Shown: positions 9,292 through 18,010 of the stretch, piece after piece
Numbering within the stretch: the stretch's first letter is position 1
Layout: every line of letters starts with the position of its first letter
Source of the DNA: an uncultured Rhodospirillaceae bacterium
GTDB lineage: Bacteria > Pseudomonadota > Alphaproteobacteria > CAAGCB01 > CAG-977
Length of the DNA stretch: 64,000 nucleotides
NCBI GenBank assembly: GCA_900550445.1
Contig: URSF01000001.1
Coordinates: 223-64,222, forward strand
Direction: 5' to 3'
Program-made: the position numbers and the translations under genes
The notes under the pieces: generated by a model
The model's input: only the letters and a program-made list of their open reading frames with translations
Databases searched by the model: none
What the model was told of the DNA's origin: nothing

Positions 9292-9363
9292 TGGTCTCTG
9301 CGACGGTTTTGATTCCGCATCTACTCAGTGACAGTGAGTTGCTTTCCCTTAAGCTACACAGAG
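9292..9363 (-). tRNA. tRNA-Asp (GUC)-like gene with non-canonical T arm
   Basis: 72 nt: CTCTGTGTAGCTTAAGGGAAAGCAACTCACTGTCACTGAGTAGATGCGGAATCAAAACCGTCGCAGAGACCA. It has a 7-bp acceptor stem, U8, a 4-bp D stem with GG in the loop, a 5-bp anticodon stem and the loop CUGUCAC (identical to the E. coli tRNA-Asp loop as I recall it), discriminator A and CCA. The T arm, however, is only GCGG/CCGT with the 8-nt loop AATCAAAA, with no GTTCRA. Confidence 0.5.
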
Positions 9364-9388
9364 ATAAGATCTTCACCCCTCTATTCTT

Positions 9389-9417
9389 AATATCGCATAC
9401 TTCGACGCTTTTTTCAA
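9389..9417 (-). promoter_or_regulatory. candidate promoter of the tRNA-Asp-like gene
   Basis: The minus strand has TTGAAA, a 17-nt spacer, then TGcGATATT (extended -10). The -10 element ends 25 nt before the tRNA-like 5-prime end. Confidence 0.4.
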
Positions 9418-9516
9418 GAGTAAATATAAGATGTTTTGTATCTGATTGAAAAATAAGTTCTTTTTTAAAAAGAATCGTATAAAGCATTCAGAATGTAAAC
9501 ACGGCTTTATAAAACG

Positions 9517-10275
9517 TCAGCCGTGTTTCTTTCCGCTTTGTCCGTCAAGCCGGCGGACGGCTTCTTCCAGCTCTTCAAAGGTGTCGATGATATAATCGGG
9601 ACGGGCTTTTTCAAAATCATGATCACCCTGATTTGATTTGAAAAAAACGGATTTTATTTTCATCAGATTCGCCCCGTAAATATCACGGTATAAATCGTTG
9701 CCGATAAAAATAACCTCATCGGCGGACATGTCCATTTTCTTTAACGCCTTTTTAAATAGCCGATGGTCCGGTTTGCGATATCCGTAATCGCCGGAAACAA
9801 TCAGCAAATCAAAGAAATCCAACAGGCCGACGGCGTTCAGTTCTGCCCGCGCCCAAGCCGACTGTCCGTCCGATACGGCCGCCAGACGATATTTTTTGCC
9901 AAGCCGTTTTAAAGTCTTTTTTACTCCCGGATACGGCTGCAGCTGAAACAGCGACGCGGCACGGAAAATTTCCGCCGCGGTCTGTGCCAGAAATTTTCTT
10001 TTTTTCTTGGGCAGAGAATGCGTGTAAGAACCGGCCGACCGATTGATTATTTCATCAAACAGGCGGACAATGTCGAATTCGGGGAATTCTTCTTTGCTGT
10101 CATGACGCTGCCGTTTGTTGATTGCAAAATAAAGGCTGCGGATTTCTTCCGGGGGCAGAAAAATCCCTTGGTAAATAAAAAAATTGCTTAAAACGCGATA
10201 GATATCGTTCGATTCTTCATTTGTCAGAATATCCGTCAGCGTTCCGTTAATATCAAATAATAATCCGCGAATCAT
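9517..10275 (-). CDS. HAD-superfamily hydrolase (subfamily IA-like phosphatase)
   Basis: Motif I FDINGTLTD, motif II AVSDG, motif III/IV KPD...GNDLYRDIYGA. The preferred ATG at 10275 forms a TAATG overlap with the upstream kinase stop. Confidence 0.8.
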   Translation of the reverse strand: MIRGLLFDINGTLTDILTNEESNDIYRVLSNFFIYQGIFLPPEEIRSLYFAINKRQRHDSKEEFPEFDIVRLFDEIINRSAGSYTHSLPKKKRKFLAQTAAEIFRAASLFQLQPYPGVKKTLKRLGKKYRLAAVSDGQSAWARAELNAVGLLDFFDLLIVSGDYGYRKPDHRLFKKALKKMDMSADEVIFIGNDLYRDIYGANLMKIKSVFFKSNQGDHDFEKARPDYIIDTFEELEEAVRRLDGQSGKKHG

Positions 10276-11282
10276 TATTCTTCCTCTTGAAAACATTTTC
10301 TGGCTTCATTGATCAACCGACGCCGGTAATCGCGGTCAATCCAGAAATTGCGCGCGATTCGCAGCAACGTTACCCCCATATAAAACGGCACGCGCCGCGT
10401 AATGGAATAAAAGGCGCTTTCCCGATCAGGAAAATGAGTCGCATATTCCCATAAAAAGTGGCCGATAAAAGGTTCTGCGGCAAATTTGTCGCCGATATTC
10501 ATCAAAAAGAAATGTTTCAACTCGCCGGCGATCCGCCCGACGTCAAAAATTCTGTCCGCATACGCGCAACGCTCCAAATCAAACGTTTCCAAAGTATCGT
10601 CCTGCGAAAACATGAAATTTTCGGGCGTTGCGTCGCCGTGCACCAATACCTGACAGTCGGCCCACATTTCCGGCCGATCGTGCCAAAGGCGGCAAAATAA
10701 ACGGAATTCTTCGGCTTCTTCTTTTTTTAATAAAACGGAACACTGCCGGATAACCCGATTCATATAATCACAAACCTGTTCAAAATCGACGGGAACATCA
10801 ACGGCCGTCCGGTTGTGCAGTTCGGCAAAAAAATAAGCCAGCAGGCTTAACCGGTCAAACAGCAGATCGTTGTTTTTTTCAAAAATCGCGCGGGAAATGA
10901 CGCTGCTTAATAATTCGCCTTCACAGCATTCAACGGCCAGCAATTCGCCCAGATCCGGATTTTTTCCCAGCGGCCGAGCGACATAAAACGGCGGTCGGTC
11001 AAACCCGAATCCGCGCATTGTTTCCAGCCGGTCGTATTCTTTTTCCAAATGACGGGCGGCAATTTGCCTGTTTTTTTCGCGTTCTGAATAAAAATATTTG
11101 CCGATAATTTTAACGCCGGTGTTTTTTTCTTCGTATAAATAAACGGCGTTTGATCCGTTCAGCCGGTACACGCGGTAAACGGGATCATTGTAAAAACCCG
11201 TCAGTTGGGGCTGAATGTCGTATTTCAGATAACCGTACAAAGGATCTTCGGTCTGTAAATGCCCCAGATAGTTTCTGCCCAT
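10275..11282 (-). CDS. aminoglycoside/choline-kinase-like phosphotransferase (APH fold)
   Basis: Brenner motif VLVHGDATPENFMF and a downstream FDLERCAYADRIFDVG (DxD-like) motif. Substrate unknown. Confidence 0.75.
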   Translation of the reverse strand: MGRNYLGHLQTEDPLYGYLKYDIQPQLTGFYNDPVYRVYRLNGSNAVYLYEEKNTGVKIIGKYFYSEREKNRQIAARHLEKEYDRLETMRGFGFDRPPFYVARPLGKNPDLGELLAVECCEGELLSSVISRAIFEKNNDLLFDRLSLLAYFFAELHNRTAVDVPVDFEQVCDYMNRVIRQCSVLLKKEEAEEFRLFCRLWHDRPEMWADCQVLVHGDATPENFMFSQDDTLETFDLERCAYADRIFDVGRIAGELKHFFLMNIGDKFAAEPFIGHFLWEYATHFPDRESAFYSITRRVPFYMGVTLLRIARNFWIDRDYRRRLINEARKCFQEEE

Positions 11283-11295
11283 GGTTCAACCTTAA

Positions 11296-11649
11296 TTAAT
11301 TGACAAAAGCCGTTGTTATTTTCATTCCGGCCAGAACGGCGACGATTCCCAGCCCGATCGAAAAAAACAGGTACAGGAAAGCTTCCGGACTTTTCCGAAG
11401 TTCAAAGAGTACCATAAAATCCAGTAAATAAGTCGAAAAAGTTGTAAAACCGCCCAGCAGACCGGTCATTAAAAACAGCCGTATTTCCGGTGAAGCGTTT
11501 GATTTCGACCGGAAGTATTCATATAGGACGCCGATCAGAAAAGCGCCTGTTACATTAACAAGCATTGTGCCGTAATGGGAATTTATTCTGGCGCAGATTA
11601 AGGATCTGAGTAACGCGCCGATGCCTCCTCCGATAAAAACGCCGAACAT
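11296..11649 (-). CDS. crcB: fluoride channel CrcB/FluC
   Basis: 117 aa with four TM helices and the signature GLLGGFTTFSTY. Confidence 0.9.
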   Translation of the reverse strand: MFGVFIGGGIGALLRSLICARINSHYGTMLVNVTGAFLIGVLYEYFRSKSNASPEIRLFLMTGLLGGFTTFSTYLLDFMVLFELRKSPEAFLYLFFSIGLGIVAVLAGMKITTAFVN

Positions 11650-11656
11650 TTTACCC

Positions 11657-13309
11657 TCAGAACAGCATCAAAGCCAGCATCTGCGCGGAAATAACGCGCA
11701 GAGCGATCGTAACGGGATAAGCGGTGGCATATCCGATGGCCGGCGCGTTCGTGTTTGACATGTTGGCGACAAACGTCATGGACGGAACGCAGGTGTTGCA
11801 GCCTGACAGCCCGCCGCACAGGGACAGATAATCCATTTTCTTTGTCAGACGGACAACAATACCGACGATCAGCAGCGGCAGGGAGGTGATTAAAATTCCC
11901 AGAGCGATAAAATACAGCCCCTGTGTCCCGCTGAGCAGACGGAAAAATCCGGGACCGGAAGCCAAACCGACGACCGTTAAAAACAGCAGCAGCCCTAAAA
12001 ACCTGAAAGCATTTAAAACGTAGGCGGGCGTATAGAAAATAATACCGCCGACCGATCCGCGGCATGACAGGATCGCCGCCACGATCAGCGGTCCGCCCGA
12101 CGTTCCCAGCTTAATGGGAATGTCGATTCCGGGAATATGCAACGGGATCAATCCGACCAGAATTCCCGCGATCATGCCCAGAAAATAAGGAATAAAACGG
12201 GTGTCGTTGGCGCGTTCCTGATCATTGCCCAGATAGCGGATCAACGTTTTGGTGTCTTCTTTTTTACCGACAACGACGACCTGATCGGCAAAAGCCAATT
12301 TGAAATCCGGTGTCGGGGAATTGGAAATACCGTTTCTGATAACACGGGAAATCACCCAGTGATGACGTTTGTCGCCCAATATTTTTTTCAAAGGTTTTCC
12401 GATTCGGGCAGGGTTTGTCACCAGCAGAGTCTGACTTTGAATTTGCTTGGCGCTTTCTTCCATCAAATCGCGTTCGGGATCCATTTTAAACAGGAACGAA
12501 ATTTCCTGAAAGATTTTACGCGGCCCGAAAATCAGCAGAATGTCGCCCATTTGCAATTTAATGTTTTCGTGCGGCACGATATATTCGTCCCCGCGTTTCA
12601 TGCGTGAAATCGTCATTGTATAATGGATCATTTTTAAAAAATCGCCGATTTCCAATCCGTCGAAACTGGGATTGTTGACTAAGACGTTGAACCCCTGCAT
12701 ATGCGGATCGTCATCGACCTTTTCGGCTTCGTACTTGGCGACTTCGTCCGTAATTTTGACGCGAAAGATGACTTTGAGCAAAATGAAAACAATAATGCAG
12801 CTGATAATGCCGAACGGATAACCGATCGCATAGGTAAAGCCCGATTGTTCAATCAGTTCCTGTTTAACGCCCAGTTCGCCCAAAATCTGCTGCGCGGCCC
12901 CCAAAGCCGGCGTGCTGGTTACCGCGCCGGAATATAACCCCAGTACTTCGGGCAAGGAAATATTGCCGAATTTAAAAATCAGGAACGTAATCAGCGCCCC
13001 CAGTCCCGTCACGCCCAGCGACATCAGGTTTAAAACCATGCCGTTTTTGCGCAAAGCGGCGAAAATGTTCGGCCCGACGGCCAACCCCATGGAATACAGA
13101 TACATGATCAATCCGAATTCTTTCAGGAAAGCCAAAACGTCCGCGGGAATGTAAACGGCGTATTTTTCCAGCAGCCAGCCCGCGAATAACCCCGCGAACA
13201 AAACGCCGCCGACTCCCAGTCCGATTCCCCGAATTTTCAAGCTGCCGATAAAAATACCGACACAGCACGTTATGCATATACACAAAATGGTTAAAACTGT
13301 TAAAGACAT
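11657..13309 (-). CDS. YidE/YbjL-family putative transporter with two RCK_C (TrkA-C) domains
   Basis: 550 aa. Duplicated multi-TM halves (GIGLGVGGVLFAG...) flank two soluble TrkA-C-like segments. Confidence 0.85.
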   Translation of the reverse strand: MSLTVLTILCICITCCVGIFIGSLKIRGIGLGVGGVLFAGLFAGWLLEKYAVYIPADVLAFLKEFGLIMYLYSMGLAVGPNIFAALRKNGMVLNLMSLGVTGLGALITFLIFKFGNISLPEVLGLYSGAVTSTPALGAAQQILGELGVKQELIEQSGFTYAIGYPFGIISCIIVFILLKVIFRVKITDEVAKYEAEKVDDDPHMQGFNVLVNNPSFDGLEIGDFLKMIHYTMTISRMKRGDEYIVPHENIKLQMGDILLIFGPRKIFQEISFLFKMDPERDLMEESAKQIQSQTLLVTNPARIGKPLKKILGDKRHHWVISRVIRNGISNSPTPDFKLAFADQVVVVGKKEDTKTLIRYLGNDQERANDTRFIPYFLGMIAGILVGLIPLHIPGIDIPIKLGTSGGPLIVAAILSCRGSVGGIIFYTPAYVLNAFRFLGLLLFLTVVGLASGPGFFRLLSGTQGLYFIALGILITSLPLLIVGIVVRLTKKMDYLSLCGGLSGCNTCVPSMTFVANMSNTNAPAIGYATAYPVTIALRVISAQMLALMLF

Positions 13310-13408
13310 GGCTTACCCCGAACGAAACTGAAGGTTTCTTTTCAGGATAAGCTTTTTTTTCTAAATAAAGTATAAATATTTGGCTTGCTTGATAAAAAAG
13401 GCGAAAAT

Positions 13409-14401
13409 TTAATTTTCGTTTTTAAACGGCCGAGCAAATAAAGACTGAATAACGTCGTCAACGGGAACGTTTTCGTTCATGATTCGGCTTAACCCTTCGC
13501 AAATCGGCATTTCAACGCCCGCCCGCGCCGCGCGTTCCAAAACGGCGGCGGCGGTAAACACGCCTTCCGCGACCGTGCGTTTTTCCGATAAAATATCGGA
13601 CAATCCGCGGCCTTTGCCCAGTTCCAGCCCGACCGTAAAGTTGCGCGACTGCGTGCTGTTGGCGGTTAAAACCAGATCGCCCAGCCCGGATAATCCCATT
13701 AACGTATAAGTCTGCCCGCCCAGCGCGGCGGCCAGTCTGGAAATTTCGGCCAGCCCACGTGTAATCAAAGCGGCTCGCGCGTTGTCGCCCAGCTTTTTGC
13801 CGGCGACGATGCCGGCGGCGATCGCCATGACGTTTTTGACCGCGCCGCCGATCTGTACGCCGATAACGTCAGAGGAATAGTACGGTCTGAACGTCGGCGT
13901 GCCAAGCGTTGCGACTAATTCTTTTCCCAGAGCTTCGTTTCCGCAGGCAAGCGTTAAGGCCGTCGGTTTGTTTTGCGCCGCTTCTTCGGCAAAAGTCGGG
14001 CCGGATAAGACGGCGATTTCTGCTTGCGGCAGTTCTTCGGCCAGAATTTCGCTTAACAAAGCGCCCGTTTTCTGTTCGATTCCCTTAGCGCAGATAACGG
14101 CGGGCAGCCCGGCCGGCCAGACCGGACGCAGCGCTTGACAGGAAGCGCGCAGATATTGCGCGGGAATAACCATTAAAACGGCTTCGGCTTTTGAAACGGC
14201 CCGCGCCTGATCATTGGTCGGCGTGATATTTTCATTCAGATCAACGTCCGGCAAAAATAATGTGTTGCGGCGCTTTGTTTCGATTTCACCGATTAATTCG
14301 GGCTCTCTGGCCCATAAAACGACTTTTTTGCCGTTTGAGGCGGCGATATGCGCCAACGCCGTTCCCCATGCGCCGGCTCCCAGGACGGAAATATTTTTCA
14401 T
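13409..14401 (-). CDS. gpsA: NAD(P)H-dependent glycerol-3-phosphate dehydrogenase
   Basis: MKNISVLGAGAWGTALA Rossmann start. The ATG at 14401 avoids overlap with tsaD. Conserved GLSGLGDLVLT and NFTVG motifs. Confidence 0.9.
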   Translation of the reverse strand: MKNISVLGAGAWGTALAHIAASNGKKVVLWAREPELIGEIETKRRNTLFLPDVDLNENITPTNDQARAVSKAEAVLMVIPAQYLRASCQALRPVWPAGLPAVICAKGIEQKTGALLSEILAEELPQAEIAVLSGPTFAEEAAQNKPTALTLACGNEALGKELVATLGTPTFRPYYSSDVIGVQIGGAVKNVMAIAAGIVAGKKLGDNARAALITRGLAEISRLAAALGGQTYTLMGLSGLGDLVLTANSTQSRNFTVGLELGKGRGLSDILSEKRTVAEGVFTAAAVLERAARAGVEMPICEGLSRIMNENVPVDDVIQSLFARPFKNEN

Positions 14402-14415
14402 GTGCGCTCCTTTTG

Positions 14416-15465
14416 TTATCTTTTGCTTGCCGGATCCAGCGGCCAGCGCGGCCGGGGACTGAAGTCCAGCGGGTCGGACAGGCCGGCCAGAAAATGTTCC
14501 ATTCCCGCCCATGCGACCATGGCGCCGTTGTCCGTGCATAAATTCATCGGTGCGGCGGCAAAGGACAGTTTATATTTTTTTGCCAGATTTTCCAAGGCCT
14601 GACGCAACGCCGCGTTAGCCGCGACGCCGCCGGCGACGACCAGATGCGTTCCGGCGGGATATTGTTTTTTAAAGAGCTTAATACCGTTTTTTAGTCTGGA
14701 ACACAACGATTCCAAAACGGCGCGCTGAAAACAGGCGCATAAGTCGGCAATATCCTGTTCGGATAAAACGGCGTGTTCCAAAATGCCGTCCGGCGAAAAG
14801 CTCTCCACAGCGCGGCGCACGGCTGTTTTCAGACCGGAAAAAGACAGATCGCAGCCCGGTTTTCCGACCATGGGGCGGGGGAAATCAAACCGTTCCGGGT
14901 CGCCTTTTTTGGCATACTGTTCGATTTTCGGACCGCCGGGATAACCCAATCCCATCATTTTTGCCGCTTTGTCAAAAGCTTCGCCGGCCGCGTCGTCGAC
15001 GGTCGCTCCCAGTTTTTTGAATTTGCCGATGCCTTCGGCAATTAAAATCTGGCAGTGCCCGCCCGAAGTCAGCAAAAGCAGATAAGGAAACGGGACGTCC
15101 TGATTTAACCGCGCCGTCAGCGCGTGCGCTTCCAAATGATTGACGGCGATAAAGGGCAGGCCGTGCACGGCGGCAACGGCTTTGGCCGTCATAACGCCGA
15201 CAATGACGCCGCCGATCAGTCCCGGCCCGGCAGAGGCGGCGACGGCGCTTAAATCTTTAAAGGAAACGCCGGCTTGATCCAAAGCGCTTTGCACGACGGA
15301 ACCGACTTTCTGCAGATGCGCGCGCGCGGCGATTTCGGGGACGACGCCGCCGAATGCCTGATGCTCCGCCTGAGAATACACAACGGAAGACAACAGCTTT
15401 TTTTCATCGCTGACAACGGCCGCCGCCGTTTCGTCACAGCTGGATTCTATTCCTAAAACAAGCAT
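14416..15465 (-). CDS. tsaD: tRNA N6-adenosine threonylcarbamoyltransferase TsaD
   Basis: MLVLGIESSCDETAAAV start, followed by HLEAH and GGVAAN motifs. Confidence 0.95.
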   Translation of the reverse strand: MLVLGIESSCDETAAAVVSDEKKLLSSVVYSQAEHQAFGGVVPEIAARAHLQKVGSVVQSALDQAGVSFKDLSAVAASAGPGLIGGVIVGVMTAKAVAAVHGLPFIAVNHLEAHALTARLNQDVPFPYLLLLTSGGHCQILIAEGIGKFKKLGATVDDAAGEAFDKAAKMMGLGYPGGPKIEQYAKKGDPERFDFPRPMVGKPGCDLSFSGLKTAVRRAVESFSPDGILEHAVLSEQDIADLCACFQRAVLESLCSRLKNGIKLFKKQYPAGTHLVVAGGVAANAALRQALENLAKKYKLSFAAAPMNLCTDNGAMVAWAGMEHFLAGLSDPLDFSPRPRWPLDPASKR

Positions 15466-15546
15466 TTTGACTCTCTGATGTAAAATTATTCTACCCATAC
15501 TCGGAAAAAATGGTAAAATCCAGTAGATTTAATCAGGGAGGCATTT

Positions 15547-16665
15547 ATGGCAGTTGAAAAAAACAACCAAAAGGCAGAAGAAATTCAAAAAGAATCCGTT
15601 CCTCCGGAACAGGCCGAGGCCGCCGCGCCGGCCGCCGAAGAAGCGCAGCCGGAAGCCGTTGAAGCGGCCGCGGAAAACACCGTTGAACCTGCCGAGATCG
15701 CCGTTCGTCTGGAACAGTTGGAAAACGAACGCGATTTTGAAAATGCCGAAGTCATTGTCGCCAGCGTTGAAAAACCCGAACCGCCCGCCGCGGTTTCGGA
15801 AGCTTATACCGCTTTGGCCGATCAGCAGAAAGCGCTGTTGGCGGAAATCGAACGGCTGCGCGCGCAGGTGGATCGGCTGAAAACCGAAAATGAAAAACAA
15901 ATCGAACAGCTCCGCGCGTCCATGCCGAAAACGGGACTGCTGGAAGAACGCCTGTTGGCCGTCAGCGCCCGCGAAGACGCTTTTGAACAGCAGCTGGTCG
16001 AAACCGGCGTGAAAATGGAACGCATTGAAAGAAACAAAGCTGATGCCTCGGCTGTTTTATCCCTGATGACGCGTATGGAAATCACGGAACAAAAGCTGCG
16101 GGCTTCCAATGCGGAAAAAGAACGCGCCGCCGCTTTGCTGCTGGCCGTATATCAGCTGCGCGAAGCCGCTTTGTCGGGACAGAGCTTTCTGGCCGAACAG
16201 CAGTCGGCGCTGGCTTTGGCGGCCCCGATGCCGCGAATCGCCGCTTCTTTGCGTTCGCTGTCTGTTGCGGCCGATCAGGGCGTATGGACTAAAACCGCAC
16301 TGCTGCAGTCTTTTGCTTCGTATGCGGACAAAGCCGTTTTATCCGAAACGGTCAGCCCGAAAAAAGACTGGTTCCATCAGGCTTTGAATTCTTTGAAAAC
16401 ACTGGTTGTCATCAGACGGATTGACGCTTCTGACGCGGACAACCTGTCTACGCAGGCCGTTCTGGCGCGCGCTCAACAGGCGGTTGACAATGCGGATCTG
16501 GCTGTGGCCGTTATGCAGCTGCAGTCGTTGCAGGGAACCGCCAAAGAGATAATGAAAGACTGGACACAGGCTGCGCAGCGTTATCTGACGACGCAGAAAA
16601 CAATCAGTGAAACCGTTTCCGCCGTTCTGGGCGTTATTTACGCCAATCAGGCCAAAGGAGAGTAA
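15547..16665 (+). CDS. Mic60 (mitofilin)-like coiled-coil protein, alphaproteobacterial type
   Basis: Acidic Pro/Ala/Glu-rich N-terminus, a long coiled coil, and a C-terminal mitofilin-like segment (WFHQALNSLKTLVVIRR...AVLARAQQAVDNADLAVAVMQLQSL...WTQAAQRYL). It sits directly upstream of a HemY-like gene. SD agggagg. Confidence 0.65.
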   Translation: MAVEKNNQKAEEIQKESVPPEQAEAAAPAAEEAQPEAVEAAAENTVEPAEIAVRLEQLENERDFENAEVIVASVEKPEPPAAVSEAYTALADQQKALLAEIERLRAQVDRLKTENEKQIEQLRASMPKTGLLEERLLAVSAREDAFEQQLVETGVKMERIERNKADASAVLSLMTRMEITEQKLRASNAEKERAAALLLAVYQLREAALSGQSFLAEQQSALALAAPMPRIAASLRSLSVAADQGVWTKTALLQSFASYADKAVLSETVSPKKDWFHQALNSLKTLVVIRRIDASDADNLSTQAVLARAQQAVDNADLAVAVMQLQSLQGTAKEIMKDWTQAAQRYLTTQKTISETVSAVLGVIYANQAKGE

Positions 16666-16668
16666 CCC

Positions 16669-17976
16669 ATGATTAAAATCATTTGGAATGCCTTTCTTTT
16701 AGGCATCATTGCTCTGGCGGCGGCGTGGCTGTCCAACAATCCCGGATCGCTGCATCTGGAATGGATCGGCTATTCGGTTCAGACGTCCGTCGCCGTTGTT
16801 ATCGGCATGGTTATTATTGTCTACGCGGTTTTCTATGCTTTTTTGGCCAAGCCGATTTTGCTTGTAACGCAGAAAATTTCCTATTGGCTGGGGGCGGACA
16901 AACGCGCGCAGAAAATTGCAAAATCAAAGATTAATAAAGAAGTTGACCGTTATACGCTGCTGGGAAAAGGACTGACCGCTTTGGCGGCGGGAGATATCGC
17001 CGCGGCGGAAAAACTGTCCGGGCAGATCAGGAAAAGCTTTGCCGACGATGAAACGAAGATTACCGTATTTCAGGCTCAGCTGGCCGAAGCGAAAAACAAT
17101 ACCGCCGAAGCAATGCGTCTGTATACAAATCTGGCAGATCAACCCGAAACGCATCTGCTGGGAATGCGCGGCAAAATCAGACTGTATCGCCTGACGGGAA
17201 ACCTGCCTAAGGCTTTAGAATTATGTTCGCAGCTGCTGGCGATGAAAAATCCGCCGGCCTGGGTTTTGTCCGAGGCTTTTGAACTGCAGATTCATGAAAA
17301 ACAATGGGCGCAGGCCGTTCAGACGCTGGAAAAGGCCTATAAACAGAATTTGTTTGACAAGCTGACGGCAAAACGGCTGAAGGCGTCAGTTTTACTGGAA
17401 CAGGCCGCCGGCACGCCGGAAGAATCCGAACGTGAAAAACTGATCCGCGAGGCGCATGACACAGATGAAACATTTGTCCGTGCGGCAATTCAGACGGCGG
17501 AACTGGACGTACGCACCGGACAGATTAAAAAGGCGCGCCGCCTGCTGCAGAAGCTGTGGAAAATTTCCCCCAGTTGGGCCGTTTATGAGGTTTATTTAAC
17601 TTTGACGGCACAGGAATCTTCGATTGAAGCGGTCAAAGACGTTGAAGAATTAATCGCGGAAAATCCGAAAGCGGCGATCAACGATCTGGTTTTCGCCGAT
17701 TGTTCGCTGAAAGCCCGGTTGTGGGGACAGGCCAAATCGGCTGTCAACAAATATCTGGCGATTTACCCCAATTCTAAACGCGCGCTGATGATTGCGCAGG
17801 AAATCGCCGCTTATAATCAGGACGAAAAAGCGGCGGAGGAATACCGTGCAAAGGCATCTGAAGCGCCGGTCGAACTGCCTTATTACTGCGAAGTCTGCCA
17901 CACGCCATTTGAAAAGGATTATACGACCTGTCCGGTCTGTCATACGCTGGGTGCTATTCATCTGAGCGAAGTATAA
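16669..17976 (+). CDS. HemY N-terminal-domain/TPR membrane protein (HemY-like)
   Basis: Two N-terminal TM helices, TPR-like repeats, and a C-terminal CxxC...CxxC zinc ribbon (YYCEVCHTPF...CPVCH). Confidence 0.8.
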   Translation: MIKIIWNAFLLGIIALAAAWLSNNPGSLHLEWIGYSVQTSVAVVIGMVIIVYAVFYAFLAKPILLVTQKISYWLGADKRAQKIAKSKINKEVDRYTLLGKGLTALAAGDIAAAEKLSGQIRKSFADDETKITVFQAQLAEAKNNTAEAMRLYTNLADQPETHLLGMRGKIRLYRLTGNLPKALELCSQLLAMKNPPAWVLSEAFELQIHEKQWAQAVQTLEKAYKQNLFDKLTAKRLKASVLLEQAAGTPEESEREKLIREAHDTDETFVRAAIQTAELDVRTGQIKKARRLLQKLWKISPSWAVYEVYLTLTAQESSIEAVKDVEELIAENPKAAINDLVFADCSLKARLWGQAKSAVNKYLAIYPNSKRALMIAQEIAAYNQDEKAAEEYRAKASEAPVELPYYCEVCHTPFEKDYTTCPVCHTLGAIHLSEV

Positions 17977-18010
17977 TCGTCGGACGGCAGCTGAAAAACG
18001 GAGGAAATTT

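Noticed and set aside
9147-9420. Possible two-piece (circularly permuted) alphaproteobacterial tmRNA. Two minus-strand segments end in CCA with terminators, and a short plus-strand frame reads GCA AAC AAA ATA TTC TTG GCA CTT TAA (ANKIFLAL*).
   Set aside because: Neither CCA-ending segment has the tRNA-Ala-like identity (G3:U70 with the expected acceptor partner). No complementary 5-prime acceptor strand follows either CCA. The tag-like frame is on the opposite strand to the CCA ends and does not end in the usual ...AA. The first segment folds better as a tRNA-Asp-like molecule.
8937-9487. ORFs 8937..9161, 9004..9237 and 9164..9487 on the minus strand.
   Set aside because: They read straight through tRNA-Gly, terminators and the tRNA-like elements. 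Peptides such as GFEPSTSTLARLRSTPELHP are the familiar translation of tRNA sequence.
11650-11656. Fluoride riboswitch in front of crcB.
   Set aside because: Only 7 nt separate crcB from the upstream transporter gene. I also could not recognise the crcB-motif pseudoknot in the operon leader (13310-13408) by eye. An Infernal scan would be needed to be sure.
14402-14539. N-terminal extensions offered by the longest-ORF track. Cases: gpsA (14402-14539), rppH (18814-18909), rlmH (27220-27255), znuB (40774-40977), znuA (41298-41588), trxA (63720-63782), the EF-hand protein (60014-60148) and the lipoprotein (62344-62466).
   Set aside because: The extensions overlap the upstream gene or the divergent partner, lack conservation-like sequence, and internal ATGs coincide with the canonical family N-termini or signal peptides.
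17977-18010. Guanidine-II (mini-ykkC) riboswitch upstream of sugE. The 34-nt leader contains two ACGG motifs.
   Set aside because: The flanking bases do not form the two short hairpins needed to present ACGR as tetraloops. The leader is largely taken up by the SD.
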